Shown here: piece after piece, positions 61,201 through 64,000 of the stretch
How the letters are laid out: every line of letters begins with the position of its first letter
Numbering within the stretch: position 1 is the first letter of the stretch
Source of the DNA: Scyliorhinus canicula
Lineage: Eukaryota
NCBI RefSeq assembly: GCF_902713615.1
Contig: NC_052146.1
Coordinates: forward strand, 245,347,827-245,411,826
DNA: 64,000 nucleotides
Direction of reading: 5' to 3'
Program-made: the position numbers and the translations under genes
Notes under the pieces: model-generated
The model's database searches: none
Told to the model about the DNA's origin: nothing
Seen by the model: the letters and a program-made list of their open reading frames with translations, nothing else

Positions 61201-63694
61201 CTTAAAAAGAATTACAGATTCCACTGAACCTTTAAAGAAATTGCAAACTATCCTTGCTCTACTGTTTCTGGGTCAAAGATCATCACAGTTACATAGTGTT
61301 GACAGTTTTTAGAATGCATGTTAATTCCTGCTAAGGATTGCATTTCACTTTCATTTAGCACAGGAACTGTAATTCCATCATCAGCCCTGCTGCCGCTGAC
61401 AATTTTTGGCACAAATGGCATCTCATTTACTTTAATGTCTATGAGACCTTACTGTTGAAGATTAATAGACTTTAATATTGTTGTAAAAAAGCACACTAAT
61501 TCTCCATCTCCCATGGCCCTAGGACTCAGAGATCCAAACAGTGGGCACTGTAAATAAATTGCTCTTGCAATTGCTTTGCTAACAAGAAAGTAGAGCAAAA
61601 TTTAACTGTTCATTTTCTGTCAGGCATTTACCAGTTTGCTGTACATCCTATTTAGCTAGCTCAGAACAATGTGGAGATGACTCTAGTTCTAAATCAAAAC
61701 AATTTATTTAAAATATCTCAAGACTTCATGACACGCATGTTCACAGCTCAAGAGTTCAAATTCATACCGGAACATTCCCTGTATTGGGTCAGTACTTAAA
61801 CTCATGAGCTCCACCTACAGGCTTAAGCAATCAAGCAGGTGAGCAAGGATCAGTTACCAGACCAGCACAATCAAACACAGATTAAACAAACCATTGAACA
61901 TAACATTTAGCAGCTTGCTAAGACCACATTTTGGCAGAAATGTTTTTGAAAAAGTTCTCCTCTCTCAACATTGGTGCCCATGATCAAATTCTCCTCCCTC
62001 AACACTGGTGCCCGTGATCAAATTTAAAAATATATACCACCTGCCTTGATTGAATCTTCTTCATTCTTTTAATGGATATATTCTCCACACACCGCATGCA
62101 CTCTCTCCCCCTTGAATCATCCTCAAAGACTTTAAGATGTATTTATATCAGGGTGTAAGACCTATAGTCCAAAAGTGACTGAAAATAAGGTATACGGTTT
62201 CCATTTAAGACAAGGCAGAGAAATAAATTGTATCACAACAAGCTAATCACATCAATTTCTTCAATGATTCTTCATGATAAATTGGGCAAGGGACAAGATC
62301 TGTGGGTGTGTGGTAAATCCATCTGTCTTCTTAGGGAGATAGCCAAAACTGAACATATTTTCAGTGAAAAAAAATATAAGCGAAGTAAATACTGGGAAGT
62401 ATAGATAAAATATAGAGTTAAATGAACCGTTAAACATTGTAAGAATAGCACAAGGCTGCAACATAAAATTATCAAGCCCGGCATATATGAATTGCAAGAA
62501 TTGTTCCGAATTGTTAGCAAATGTTTTGAATAGGCTGAAATTAAAACAAAATACATTGATTAAATCTTTTAAAATAAGTCGGATGGCTATATGGATAATA
62601 ACAATATTTATGGTTATTTGAGTAATTACAGGCATCAAAAGCTGACTCAGTATCTAGCACAAAGTGCTGCTTGGAACAAGGGAAAATCATTTGTGGTTAG
62701 ACACAACTGGTAAGAGTTAGCAGTAACCTTGTTAATCACATTAGTGCCCAGGAGTACATTACAAAGAGGTTTCTTCGAAAATATATATGTCACGATTATG
62801 CTTCTCAGAAGATTAAATTTGTTAAAAATAATCTATGGCAAGATTAACTCCATATGATCGCAGAATTTAAATGCCAAAAATGTTGCCAAAAACTTAATTT
62901 TCAAAATATCTGACCATTTGCTCCAGTTTTTCACATGCAGAAAAGTTGAAAAACTGGAGTAAAGGTACTCTAATAACAAGAAGATGAAGAGATATTTCCA
63001 TTTATCGAGCACCTTTCAGGGCCTTCCAAAGAGTTTAACATCCAGCGAAGTACTGTTTAAAGTGTAGTCACTATTGAAATGTAGGAAAGTCTAGGTGATA
63101 ATTCAAAATTTAGCTTAAACTGGGAGGCAAGTTTATTACTGATTATTAGCAGTCAAGTTAATTATATATTATGTTGGCACAAAATCTTGCCTTGATGAAT
63201 GAGTTGTGGACTATGTTGTGACACAACTTCAAAGCCTTTCAAAACACTGATTAAACCTATTAGAGGGAAATTATGCCAGTCAATTGCCTTTAATACCAGG
63301 GGGCTGACAATTCAGTTTGAAAACCTCAATATGTCAGTATGAATTAGATTGGAACTAAATAATGATTTACCACGAGTTGAGCACAATACATCCAATATTA
63401 AATACAGTAAATTTTTCTGATTGGACATTCAGTGTCAGTCTTTATGAAATTTGTTAACTTCAAGTACACTTTTGTTGCTAAGTGTCACATCATAATATAA
63501 TTGCACAGGGCTCATCTCTGTTTACTTTCCATAATTGTGTTGAAAACTATGGGGGCAATTTAAGCGTGCATTGGCCCTCAGAGAGAATGGTGACATGGGC
63601 GCAAAATCTGGAAAGCATGAAAGAATGCAAGACTATCCAGTGAGATCGTGATTTCTGATTTTCAACCCCTCCTCGCTGTGGTGATATGCATCAC

Positions 63695-64000
63695 TGTAGA
63701 TACACAAGGGGTTAATGTAAATACATGTAGACTAGCTAGACACTAGAGGGAGCACCAGAGACATGGCACACAGACACTTAACCAATGGGTCAGTAAGATA
63801 GGACACGACCAATGGGCATTCATGATACACGCAGAGGTGACACTACCACAGGGGGGGGCATTACACCAACCCATATTGGCAGAAATTGGCAAAAACCCAT
63901 TACACCAACCCGACACAGCACACATGATCTTCCTCTTTCCAGTGGAGACAGTCAGTGAGTACAGACACAGGGTTGATTCAATATCACACCCACCATGTGG
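63695..64000 (+). mobile_element. LTR 5' part, inside a probable MITE starting ~63551; runs off the window
   Basis: TGTAGA start, two CCAAT boxes; composition like the other LTRs here. Confidence 0.55.

Overview
Eukaryotic, repeat-dense, apparently gene-free DNA (intergenic or deep intron). The repeat repertoire points to a cartilaginous fish, probably a shark such as Scyliorhinus (inference): HE1/V-SINEs, Deu-type SINEs, CR1 and Rex1/Babar LINEs, PIF/Harbinger elements with MITEs, and Gypsy LTR elements. I recognised no intact host gene, rRNA/tRNA gene or CRISPR array. The window holds the 5' half of a young, apparently intact CR1 LINE (1-3366, -) and three further CR1 copies. It also has three decayed two-gene Harbingers (DDE transposase plus convergent Myb/SANT gene), one of which is a 12-kb nest of later insertions, as well as two Gypsy proviruses, several solo LTRs and many SINEs/MITEs. 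A head-to-tail array at 43.8-47.4 kb carries intronless TAF12 pseudogene copies. The most interesting signals are: (1) CR1 ORF2 has no AUG before its endonuclease domain and overlaps ORF1 only across a G_GGU_UUA_AAC_UAA slippery site, suggesting -1 ribosomal frameshifting, and the same element has 5'UTR promoter-like monomers and a canonical intron; (2) the TAF12-carrying tandem units; (3) a 15-bp minisatellite expanded inside a Harbinger Myb exon; (4) two different SINEs back-to-back inside one TSD. All calls were made by eye. Family names come from recalled consensus motifs, and the boundaries of old elements are approximate.
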